Counted from the first letter of the stretch, positions 8,021-14,807 are shown. The stretch is DNA of 24,000 nt from Patescibacteria group bacterium (GCA_022560785.1 JADFSL010000003.1:6738-30737); one strand, 5' to 3'. Made by a program: numbers and translations. Notes: generated by a model from the sequence alone, not told the origin.

Positions 8021-9127
8021 ATGGCAAAAAGGAACACATCATCACATAGTGGTAAAAGATCACTGTTTAGTTTTTTTCCGATACCGCGGTTCTTAACAAT
8101 GCCTTTTGTGGGTATTGATATATCTGACAATTCAATAAAATTTGTAGAACTCAAACACACTGAAGACGGTAACGTATTAAGTAGGTTTGGTAGAGAGGTC
8201 GTCCCGGCAGGAGTTATAGAAAAGGGTAATATTCTGGAACCAGAAAAACTTGTACAGATACTGAAATCAATGAAACAGAAATATAAGCTCGATTTTGTCC
8301 GAGTGTCGCTTCCAGAAGAAAAAGTATACCTATTTCAAATGCAGGTTCCCGACACGGCGAATGAAAAAGAGATACGAGGAATTCTTGAATTTAAACTTGA
8401 GGAACATGTTCCCATATCGTCAAAAGAATCGATATTCGACTATGAGTTTATAGATGAGAGTGAAGATAAGGAAACAATAGGGGTGAGTGTAGCCGTGTAT
8501 CCTAAAACAGTTATAGAACAATATGCTTATGCATTTCGCAAAGCGCACATTACCCCATTATCATTTGAGACAGAAGCACAGGCGGTTGAGCGTGCTGTTG
8601 TTCGAAATGGAGACCGCGGTACCTACATGATTATTGATTTTGGAAAAACGAGAACAGGGCTCTCAATTGTAAGTAACAGCATGCTTGCGCTTACTTCAAC
8701 CATTGAAATAAATGGTCAATCTATTACTGATGTTATAGTAAAACATTTCTCGGTTTCGGAAGAAGAAGCAGATCGCATCAAGTCTGAAAATGGGCTTGTG
8801 AAAAACGAAGGCAGTAAAGAGTTTGCTACAGCTATGACCAAAGTGATTGATACATTAAATGATGAAATAAAAAAATATGTGGATTATTGGCATTCTCGTC
8901 CAAATACATCCGGAAAAAAAGTGGAAAAGATAGAGAAAATCATCCTTTGTGGTGGAAGTGCCAACATAGCAGGATTACCTGAATATATGTTAGGAGGTTT
9001 AAAAATACCAACGGAGATTGCCAACGTATGGATCAATGCATTCTCAATTGAAGATGTGGTACCTGAAATGAATCGTTTCCAATCTCTCGCATATGCCACT
9101 GCGATAGGACTTGCTTTGCGGCAATAG
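8021..9127 (+). CDS. pilM: Type IV pilus assembly ATPase-fold protein PilM
   Basis: Actin-like fold motifs: VGIDISDNSIKFVEL, MIIDFGKTRTGLSIV, ILCGGSANIAGLPEYM. Followed by PilN/O-like genes. Confidence 0.8.
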   Translation: MAKRNTSSHSGKRSLFSFFPIPRFLTMPFVGIDISDNSIKFVELKHTEDGNVLSRFGREVVPAGVIEKGNILEPEKLVQILKSMKQKYKLDFVRVSLPEEKVYLFQMQVPDTANEKEIRGILEFKLEEHVPISSKESIFDYEFIDESEDKETIGVSVAVYPKTVIEQYAYAFRKAHITPLSFETEAQAVERAVVRNGDRGTYMIIDFGKTRTGLSIVSNSMLALTSTIEINGQSITDVIVKHFSVSEEEADRIKSENGLVKNEGSKEFATAMTKVIDTLNDEIKKYVDYWHSRPNTSGKKVEKIEKIILCGGSANIAGLPEYMLGGLKIPTEIANVWINAFSIEDVVPEMNRFQSLAYATAIGLALRQ

Positions 9128-9138
9128 AGTAATATATC

Positions 9139-9678
9139 ATGCGTAACTTACTTCCTATAAAGGACAAAAAACACATACGTCTAGAGTATCTTATCCGTCT
9201 TTTGTCTATTGCCATGTTTTTTGTATTTTTTACGGCACTACTCAGCAGTATTTTCTTACTTCCTTCATTTTTTATTTCACAAACAAAGGAAATAGCAATT
9301 CGTGACCAAGCCGAAGTGTCAAAAAGGGCACTTGCATTGCGGGAACAGAACACCTCAGACATATTACTCAACGAATCAAAAGAAAAGCTCAATTTGCTCT
9401 CGTCTGGGGTAAGTAGACCTCTTATACAGAATGCGATACGTACAATTATTGACGATTTGCCCAGCGGAGTTGTTCTCTACATAATTTCCTATTCAGAAAT
9501 ACCCGATGAGCATGGACGAATTTCCCTTATTGGTGTTGCTGATCGCAGAAGTGTACTGTTGTCATTTAAAAAGTTTCTTGAACAAGAAGCATTATTTTCA
9601 AGTGTAACACTGCCGGTTTCAAATTTGGCACAAGACAGTGATATAAACTTTTCAATTCAGTTAAATATGGAATTTTAA
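9139..9678 (+). CDS. pilN: PilN-like pilus assembly protein
   Basis: N-terminal NLLP motif (MRNLLPIKDKK), a single TM, then a periplasmic domain. Positioned directly after pilM. Confidence 0.6.
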   Translation: MRNLLPIKDKKHIRLEYLIRLLSIAMFFVFFTALLSSIFLLPSFFISQTKEIAIRDQAEVSKRALALREQNTSDILLNESKEKLNLLSSGVSRPLIQNAIRTIIDDLPSGVVLYIISYSEIPDEHGRISLIGVADRRSVLLSFKKFLEQEALFSSVTLPVSNLAQDSDINFSIQLNMEF

Positions 9679-9684
9679 ATTATT

Positions 9685-10227
9685 ATGATATACAAACTGC
9701 ATACTATTCAATTTCTCACTATTGCGACGGGATTAGCTGTTGTTTCCATTGTTGTGTATACACTGTTGTTTCTTGAAATCAAAGAAAAAAATAGAGAAGC
9801 ATCATTAATAGCGAGCGAGCTTGATTTGGAAGCTAAGCGTGATAAGCGTTTGCGTTCAATACAAAATATTGTGAGAGATACGGAGCAGCAGCGAGAGCAA
9901 CTCAATATATATTTTGTTAATGAAGATTCGGTCGTTACATTTATTGAAACCATCGAAGCACTTGGGGGCAAGAGTGGTGCCGAAGTAGAAATTGTCTCGG
10001 TTAACATAGAAGAGAGAAACACTGAAGAGGGCAATAGTGAATTTTTACGTTTAACTTTTTCAGCCACTGGCACATGGAACGAAGTGTTTTATTTATTTTC
10101 ACTCGTTGAATTACTTCCGTACAAAATAGAAATCAAACGAGCTTCATTTGAATCTAGGAAGAGTGGAACAATTAAATCAAATGTATGGAATGGGTCGTTT
10201 AGCATAGCAGTTGCAAAAAGCGGTTAA
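9685..10227 (+). CDS. pilO: PilO-like pilus assembly protein
   Basis: Single TM, coiled-coil (ELDLEAKRDKRLRSIQN..QQREQLN), then an alpha/beta domain. The call rests on gene order pilM-N-O. Confidence 0.5.
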   Translation: MIYKLHTIQFLTIATGLAVVSIVVYTLLFLEIKEKNREASLIASELDLEAKRDKRLRSIQNIVRDTEQQREQLNIYFVNEDSVVTFIETIEALGGKSGAEVEIVSVNIEERNTEEGNSEFLRLTFSATGTWNEVFYLFSLVELLPYKIEIKRASFESRKSGTIKSNVWNGSFSIAVAKSG

Positions 10228-10239
10228 CATTTTGATAAC

Positions 10240-10581
10240 ATGGTTGAATTGAAAAATATAAAGCAAATTTTTAATAGGTGGAATATAAGTAAACTTACAG
10301 GTGGAGCAAATAGGAAAAGAGATTTGTTTAACACTGCGCGTGACTGGAAAATTATTTTCTCTGTGTTTGTTGTTACCGTTTTAATAAGTGCACTCTTTAG
10401 CATATATCTGTTTTTGCAAATCAGTCGAGGGGAAATTTTTATCGTGCATCGTAATAATGTGTCACTCGACACAATTAACCGAACACTCCTCAATGACACA
10501 CTTTCTTTTTTTGAAAATAAAGAGCGGCGCTTTATTGAGATGAGTGAAAACAAACCTAGATTTATTGACCCGTCTCTTTGA
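10240..10581 (+). CDS. Hypothetical single-TM protein co-oriented with pilMNO
   Basis: 113-aa ORF 12 nt after the pilO-like gene. TM WKIIFSVFVVTVLISALFSIYLFL. Confidence 0.45.
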   Translation: MVELKNIKQIFNRWNISKLTGGANRKRDLFNTARDWKIIFSVFVVTVLISALFSIYLFLQISRGEIFIVHRNNVSLDTINRTLLNDTLSFFENKERRFIEMSENKPRFIDPSL

Positions 10582-10607
10582 TGTTGATATTATCCAAGCA
10601 TTAGTAT

Positions 10608-10681
10608 CTCCCCGTGGCTCAATTGGATAGAGCGGCTCCCTTCTAAGGAGCAGGTTGCAGGTTCGAGTCCTGCCGGGGAGA
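10608..10681 (+). tRNA. tRNA-Arg (anticodon UCU), no encoded CCA
   Basis: Acceptor CTCCCCG/CGGGGAG, D-arm GCTC..GAGC, anticodon arm GCTCC-CTTCTAA-GGAGC, T-arm GCAGG-TTCGAGT-CCTGC, discriminator A. Confidence 0.9.
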
Positions 10682-10816
10682 CAAATATGGTTTCCGCCAA
10701 AGGCGGACCCGCCTTTGGTGGGCGATTCCTGCCGTGGGTACAAACAATTGCAGGCCTGCCCTCCAAAATTTTGCAAAGCAAAACTTAGGAGGGTGAAAGT
10801 CCCGCTGGGGGAGACA
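10682..10816 (+). other. Two tandem short elements, each ending in a decayed copy of the tRNA-Arg 3' end
   Basis: tRNA 3' end tcctgccggggagacaa (10668-10684). Copy b is tcctgccgtgggtacaa (10727-10743). Copy d is tcccgctgggggagaca (10800-10816). Hairpins at 10697-10718 and 10759-10793. Confidence 0.5.
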
Positions 10817-11063
10817 GAAGTTTGATGTAAAGAAAGACGGTTTATGGGGAAAGTGGGACGCACAACGTTACGGACAGGACAACCCTATAATTACCGACAA
10901 CACCGGAGGATATTCATTCCTTGCTCCTGAAGGTGATTATTATCTTGAGGTCGTACGAGACGGATACGAATTATTTACCGGAAAAGAATTCAAACTCACC
11001 GAAACAGAAGCGGTCAATGAAATCATAGAGCTCAACTACCTCGGCGAGGACATAGAGTTTTAG
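10797..11063 (+). pseudogene. Start-less C-terminal gene remnant (carboxypeptidase-regulatory / Cna-B-like beta-sandwich fragment)
   Basis: The frame is open only from 10797 to TAG at 11061-11063 and has no in-frame ATG/GTG/TTG. It translates to ..FDVKKDGLWGKWDAQRYGQDNPIITDNTGGYSFLAPEGDYYLEVVRDGYELFTGKEFKLTETEAVNEIIELNYLGEDIEF. Confidence 0.55.
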
Positions 11064-11116
11064 AAGTAAGAAATTTTGCGATATAATACCCACAACTTTT
11101 CAAGTCCGCTCGTAGA

Positions 11117-11148
11117 CACAAAACCACCCGAGGAAAATACCCGGATGG
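11117..11148 (-). terminator. Hairpin plus U-tract downstream of tRNA-Val
   Basis: Minus strand CCATCCG..CGGGTGG stem followed by TTTTGTGT. Confidence 0.5.
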
Positions 11149-11159
11149 TTTTGGTCTAG

Positions 11160-11232
11160 TGGGCGATGAGGGACTTGAACCCCCGACCTTCTCGGTGTAA
11201 ACGAGCTGCTCTACCAACTGAGCTAATCGCCC
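11160..11232 (-). tRNA. tRNA-Val (anticodon UAC), no encoded CCA
   Basis: Acceptor GGGCGAT/ATCGCCC, D-arm GCTC..GAGC, anticodon arm GCTCG-TTTACAC-CGAGA, T-arm GGGGG-TTCAAGT-CCCTC, discriminator A. Confidence 0.9.
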
Positions 11233-11356
11233 CTGTTTGTTTTAAATATACTATATATGTTTTCAAAAATAGCTACCAGCTCGTTCACACCAAGATGTAA
11301 ACGGAGAAACTATACCCCGCACAGTTTCTCCTCCACCAACTGAGCTAATCGCCCCT
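11233..11356 (-). other. Upstream partial tRNA-Val duplication (5' 22 nt) plus inverted anticodon-arm copy
   Basis: accaactgagctaatcgcccct occurs at 11213-11234 and again at 11335-11356. The plus-strand segment 11277-11294 cagctcgttcacaccaag matches the tRNA anticodon arm 16/18 in inverted orientation. Confidence 0.5.
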
Positions 11357-11452
11357 TAAAAAATATTAAGTAACTATAATCCTACGCTATCAGTAGGTAT
11401 TTTTCAATCTTTACGTTTTTTTTTAACATCAATATAATGTGTGAAAAAACCC

Positions 11453-11481
11453 TTGAAAACAAAGGGTTTTTGCGTTAATAT
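11453..11481 (+). promoter_or_regulatory. Sigma70-like promoter of the acyP-uppS-rlu-rplS operon
   Basis: TTGAAA (11453-11458), 17 nt spacer, TAATAT (11476-11481). The ATG is 9 nt downstream. Confidence 0.6.
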
Positions 11482-11490
11482 GACTCTCAT

Positions 11491-11772
11491 ATGTTTGATG
11501 TGAAGGAGATTGAGGCAAGAATCATAGGGAAGGTGCAGATGGTCATGTTCCGGGACTCGATACAGAGAAAGGCACGAGCGCTTGGAATAAAAGGTGAGGT
11601 AGAAAATATGGACGACCTGTCTGTTCGGATAGTGGCACAAGGTACCGAAGACTCACTTAATACTCTTATAGAACATCTACACAAAGGACCATTTCTTGCG
11701 CGAGTAATTAATGTTGATGTAGACTGGAGAGATCCCGAAGAGAAATTTAGTGAGTTTAAGATAATATATTAA
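11491..11772 (+). CDS. acyP: Acylphosphatase
   Basis: 93 aa. GKVQMVMFRDSIQRKARALGIKGEVENMDDLSVRIVAQG..GPFLARV matches the acylphosphatase pattern (VQGVxFR..A..LGL.G.V.N..DGSV). Confidence 0.8.
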   Translation: MFDVKEIEARIIGKVQMVMFRDSIQRKARALGIKGEVENMDDLSVRIVAQGTEDSLNTLIEHLHKGPFLARVINVDVDWRDPEEKFSEFKIIY

Positions 11773-11774
11773 AG

Positions 11775-12473
11775 ATGGGTAAAGAACAAAAAAAGAATAA
11801 AGTTCCAAAATGTATCGGCGTGATTATGGACGGTAATCGCAGATGGGCGAAAGAAGAGGGAATAGCAATATTTAAAGGGTACAGTGCAGGATACGAGAAG
11901 CTAAAAGAATTTATCAAGTGGGCAAAAGAAGCAGGAGTTAGAAATCTTATATTTTTTGCATTTTCAACTGAAAATTGGAACAGATCAAAAAAAGAGGTGG
12001 CGTATCTTATGGATTTGTTTGAAAAAGCGCTTGTTGGTGAACTAGACGAAGTAAAAAAAGAAAATGTTCGTATGAAGTTTATCGGACAGAAAGAACGATT
12101 TTCCGATAAGTTTCAGGGTATGATGAAAAAAACTGAGGAAGACACCAAAAATAATACTGAAGGAACAATCGTCTTGGCACTTTCCTACTGTGGAAGATTA
12201 GACATACTCTCTGCGGTGAATTATGCGATCAATGCGGGAAATAAAAACATTACCGAAGAAGAATTCAGCAAAATGCTTTGGACGAAAGATATTCCTGACC
12301 CGGACATTATAATTCGCACCAGTGGTGAAAAAAGACTCTCTGGATTTCTACCATGGCAGGGTGTGTACAGCGAACTGTTTTTTATAGATACGTACTGGCC
12401 TGCATTTTCCAAAGAAGAATTTTTAAACATTCTTGAAGAGTATTCAAACAGAGAACGAAGGAGAGGAAAGTAA
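11775..12473 (+). CDS. uppS: Undecaprenyl/isoprenyl diphosphate synthase (cis-prenyltransferase)
   Basis: MDGNRRWAK, FAFSTENWNR, IRTSGEKRLSGFLPWQ and ELFFIDTYWPAF motifs. Confidence 0.9.
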   Translation: MGKEQKKNKVPKCIGVIMDGNRRWAKEEGIAIFKGYSAGYEKLKEFIKWAKEAGVRNLIFFAFSTENWNRSKKEVAYLMDLFEKALVGELDEVKKENVRMKFIGQKERFSDKFQGMMKKTEEDTKNNTEGTIVLALSYCGRLDILSAVNYAINAGNKNITEEEFSKMLWTKDIPDPDIIIRTSGEKRLSGFLPWQGVYSELFFIDTYWPAFSKEEFLNILEEYSNRERRRGK

Positions 12474-12483
12474 TATTTAAATT

Positions 12484-12511
12484 ATTCTCTTATTCGTACG
12501 AATAAGAGAAT
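12484..12511. promoter_or_regulatory. Perfect 28-nt palindrome / hairpin between uppS and the pseudouridine synthase gene
   Basis: attctcttattcgtacgaataagagaat equals its own reverse complement (12-bp stem, GTAC loop). No U-tract follows. Confidence 0.5.
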
Positions 12512-12526
12512 AGTTAGTCTGAAATT

Positions 12527-13261
12527 ATGTCTGTAATAAATATTATTTATGAAGACGACGATGTGCTTGTTGTAAACAAACCTTCTGGTCTTGTGGTGCA
12601 TTCGGATGGGAAAACAAAAGAAATCACGCTAAGCGACTGGGCTGTTTCACACTACCCACAGATAAAAGGAGTCGGTGAATCCCTAATACTCAGTGACGGC
12701 ACTACAGTAGAGCGTCACGGCATTGTGCATCGATTAGACCGAGAGACTTCAGGTGTTATGGTGCTCGCTAAAAATCAGGAAGCATTTTTGTTTCTCAAAA
12801 ATCAATTTGAAAAAAGAGAAATAAAGAAAATATACAATGCATTTGTATATGGAAAACTGAAAGAAAAGGAAGGAACAATAGACAAACCGATTGCAAGAAG
12901 CTCAAGCGATTTTCGCAAATGGTCTGCACAAGAGGGAATGCGGGGAAAAGAAAGAGAAGCAGTCACATCCTACACTGTTCTCGAAGATTGTGCGGACGCA
13001 TCATTTGTTGAAATTACTCCCACGACAGGAAGGACTCACCAGATACGGGTACATTTCAAAGCAATAAATCACCCACTTGTATGTGACAGTCTTTATGCTC
13101 CCAAACGCAAATGTTTATTTGGTTTTGACAGACTTGCACTTCATGCTCGCATACTGACCACGTCTCTTCCTAAAGGAGGCACTGCAACACTTGAAGCAGA
13201 ACTACCCAATGATTTTAAAACTGCGCTCACAGAACTCGCAAAGCTCAAACAGAGCATATAA
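12527..13261 (+). CDS. RluA-family pseudouridine synthase (no S4 domain)
   Basis: HRLDRETSGVMVLAKN catalytic Asp motif, GRTHQIRVH, and LHARIL. Confidence 0.85.
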   Translation: MSVINIIYEDDDVLVVNKPSGLVVHSDGKTKEITLSDWAVSHYPQIKGVGESLILSDGTTVERHGIVHRLDRETSGVMVLAKNQEAFLFLKNQFEKREIKKIYNAFVYGKLKEKEGTIDKPIARSSSDFRKWSAQEGMRGKEREAVTSYTVLEDCADASFVEITPTTGRTHQIRVHFKAINHPLVCDSLYAPKRKCLFGFDRLALHARILTTSLPKGGTATLEAELPNDFKTALTELAKLKQSI

Positions 13262-13302
13262 TTCTTGCGTGCTTGATAGGTGTGTGGTAAAGTTTCACCA
13301 CT

Positions 13303-13836
13303 ATGAATATGGTTGGCGTTAAAATCTCTCCTGTAAATATGGAGGATCGGAAAAAACTCGGCATTCGTGCCGGAGACACAATTCGTGTGTGGCAGAAAAT
13401 ACAGGAAAAAGACAAAACAAGACTTCAAGCATTTGAAGGACTTGTGCTCGCGACTAAGCACGGCAGTGAGCCAGGGGCAACGTTTACAGTGCGTAGGGTT
13501 GCAAGCGGTGTTGGAATGGAGAAAATTTTCCCACTATATTCTCCTATGATAGATAAAATTGAGATTATAAAGCGTTCAAAAGTGCGTCGGTCAAAACTCT
13601 ACTATATTCGTGAAAAAGCGGCTAAGGAAATCAAGCGCCAGATGCGTCACATGACCATGGTCAATCTTTCAACTTCGTCACAAAAGGACGATGAAGCAGA
13701 AGAAGAGCCAGCTGAAGATGTGGTTACAAATGAAGATGGAGAGGCACCAGAGCAAACTGAAGAAAATCCGAAAGAGAAAGAAGACAATCCCAAAACAGGT
13801 GGAGATACGGATGCAGAAGCAGACAAGAAAGAGTAA
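13303..13836 (+). CDS. rplS: 50S ribosomal protein L19 with an acidic C-terminal extension of about 60 aa
   Basis: [68 protein letters not shown], then an E/D/K-rich tail. Confidence 0.9.
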   Translation: MNMVGVKISPVNMEDRKKLGIRAGDTIRVWQKIQEKDKTRLQAFEGLVLATKHGSEPGATFTVRRVASGVGMEKIFPLYSPMIDKIEIIKRSKVRRSKLYYIREKAAKEIKRQMRHMTMVNLSTSSQKDDEAEEEPAEDVVTNEDGEAPEQTEENPKEKEDNPKTGGDTDAEADKKE

Positions 13837-13848
13837 ACTGGAGTAAAT

Positions 13849-13932
13849 GCCCAGGTGGTGAAATTGGTAGACACGCTACCTTGAGGGGGTAGTGGGGGCA
13901 ACCCCGTGCTGGTTCAACTCCAGTCCTGGGCA
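13849..13932 (+). tRNA. tRNA-Leu (anticodon GAG), no encoded CCA
   Basis: Acceptor GCCCAGG/CCTGGGC, anticodon arm CTACC-TTGAGGG-GGTAG, long variable arm TGGGGGCAACCCCGT, T-arm GCTGG-TTCAACT-CCAGT, discriminator A. Confidence 0.9.
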
Positions 13933-14131
13933 CAAATACAAATAGATACTGCTGTGTGGCAGTATTTACTTATATTTTTGTGGACTGGAGTTGAACTGGA
14001 AGGGGGTCGGGGGAACATATGTTCCCCCGTGGAGGAAAACAGATCGCAGAATGCGGTCGTTAGAAACAGTGAGTTTCTAAGGCGCAACGAATGAAATGAG
14101 TGAGCAGTGAAATTTCCAGTCCTGGGCACAA
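13933..14131 (+). other. tRNA-Leu 3'-flank structured element bounded by a 17-nt direct repeat of the tRNA 3' end
   Basis: DR tccagtcctgggcacaa at 13919-13935 and 14115-14131. Anti-T-arm segment 13982-13996. Hairpins 13946-13965, 14009-14028, 14042-14058 and 14061-14079. Core shared with the tRNA-His element. Confidence 0.6.
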
Positions 14132-14140
14132 GTTATTTTT

Positions 14141-14173
14141 GTAATGAAAAAAGCGAAGGGTAGCACCCTTCGC
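14141..14173 (-). terminator. Intrinsic terminator of the CDF gene (potentially bidirectional)
   Basis: GCGAAGGG (14153-14160) / CCCTTCGC (14166-14173), loop TAGCA. On the minus strand it is followed by T6 (14152-14147). Confidence 0.7.
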
Positions 14174-14174
14174 T

Positions 14175-14807
14175 TTATGTGTTATCAGTTTCGTCATACG
14201 AATTAAATACAAGTTGAAAAGTACGATATACAATCCAACATGCAATTCCAATAGAAAGCAGTGGGTCTATTAGGATCCAACCACTTATCCAGATGAGAAT
14301 ACCTCCTATGACCACTACAACACTTTGTATGAGATCGGAGATTACATGAAAAGACAGAGCGCGATGTGCATGGTGTTTGTGCTCGCTTGCCGCACCTTCA
14401 AGGACATGGTGTTGCCAGTAGTTACCAACACCACCGATGAAGGCGACAACAATCATCACCGAACTTATTATCTCATTTGGATTCTCAAAGCGTTTGATTG
14501 CTTCAAACACTATCCAGATCACAATTAGGAACAAGAGTCCAATATTAATCCAAAAGGCGACATTGCGTACACGTTTCGCTTGAGCACCGAATCTGACGAG
14601 CACAGCAGCCAAAAGTGTTACCACGATGGCAGTACTGTCGCCGAATACATGTCCTGCATCAGCAAATAATGCAAGGCTATTCGAGACAATTGCACCAATG
14701 ATTTCAAAGATAAGAATTGCGAGAGTAATCCACAGTACCCGGGAAAGCCGTCTGACCTCACACCAACAATCGGTAGGGTCAGGGCAGTTAATAAAGTGCC
14801 CCTTCAT
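14175..14807 (-). CDS. Cation diffusion facilitator (CDF) family metal efflux protein, membrane domain only
   Basis: SNSLALFADAGHVFGDS (TM2 HxxxD-type site) and ALSFHVISDLIQS (TM5 HxxxD). Strong SD AAGGAGG at 14819-14813, 5 nt before the ATG. Confidence 0.8.
   Translation of the reverse strand: MKGHFINCPDPTDCWCEVRRLSRVLWITLAILIFEIIGAIVSNSLALFADAGHVFGDSTAIVVTLLAAVLVRFGAQAKRVRNVAFWINIGLLFLIVIWIVFEAIKRFENPNEIISSVMIVVAFIGGVGNYWQHHVLEGAASEHKHHAHRALSFHVISDLIQSVVVVIGGILIWISGWILIDPLLSIGIACWIVYRTFQLVFNSYDETDNT

Noticed and set aside
10788-10816. GGAGGGTGAAAGTCC resembling the RNase P RNA CR-I motif (GAGGAAAGUCC)
   Set aside because: No other RNase P conserved regions (CR-II to CR-V, P4 partner) are nearby, and the downstream sequence translates into a convincing protein fragment.
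10462-11217. ORFs 10462..10863, 10590..10781 and 11032..11217 on the minus strand
   Set aside because: They run antisense or sense straight through tRNA-Arg, tRNA-Val and the repeat elements. Their openness reflects GC-rich structured RNA sequence, not coding.
11404-11684. Minus-strand ORFs 11404..11640 and 11487..11684
   Set aside because: They are antisense to the acylphosphatase gene and its promoter. No homology-like motifs are visible, and the acyP sense frame has family-typical motifs.
13724-14129. ORFs 13724..13933 (minus), 13906..14094 (plus) and 13914..14129 (minus) over tRNA-Leu and its flank element
   Set aside because: They start inside or cross the tRNA. Conservation with the His locus is contiguous at nucleotide level with paired compensatory changes in hairpins, which fits RNA/DNA structure better than a protein. 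The plus-frame micro-ORF possibility is kept as an alternative in the findings.
13849-14131. tRNA intron (group I or archaeal-type) interpretation of the tRNA flank elements
   Set aside because: The upstream tRNA copy is already a complete cloverleaf without removing anything. The insert lies 3' of the gene, not in the anticodon loop. I could not find group I P3-P7-like pairings or a bulge-helix-bulge motif.
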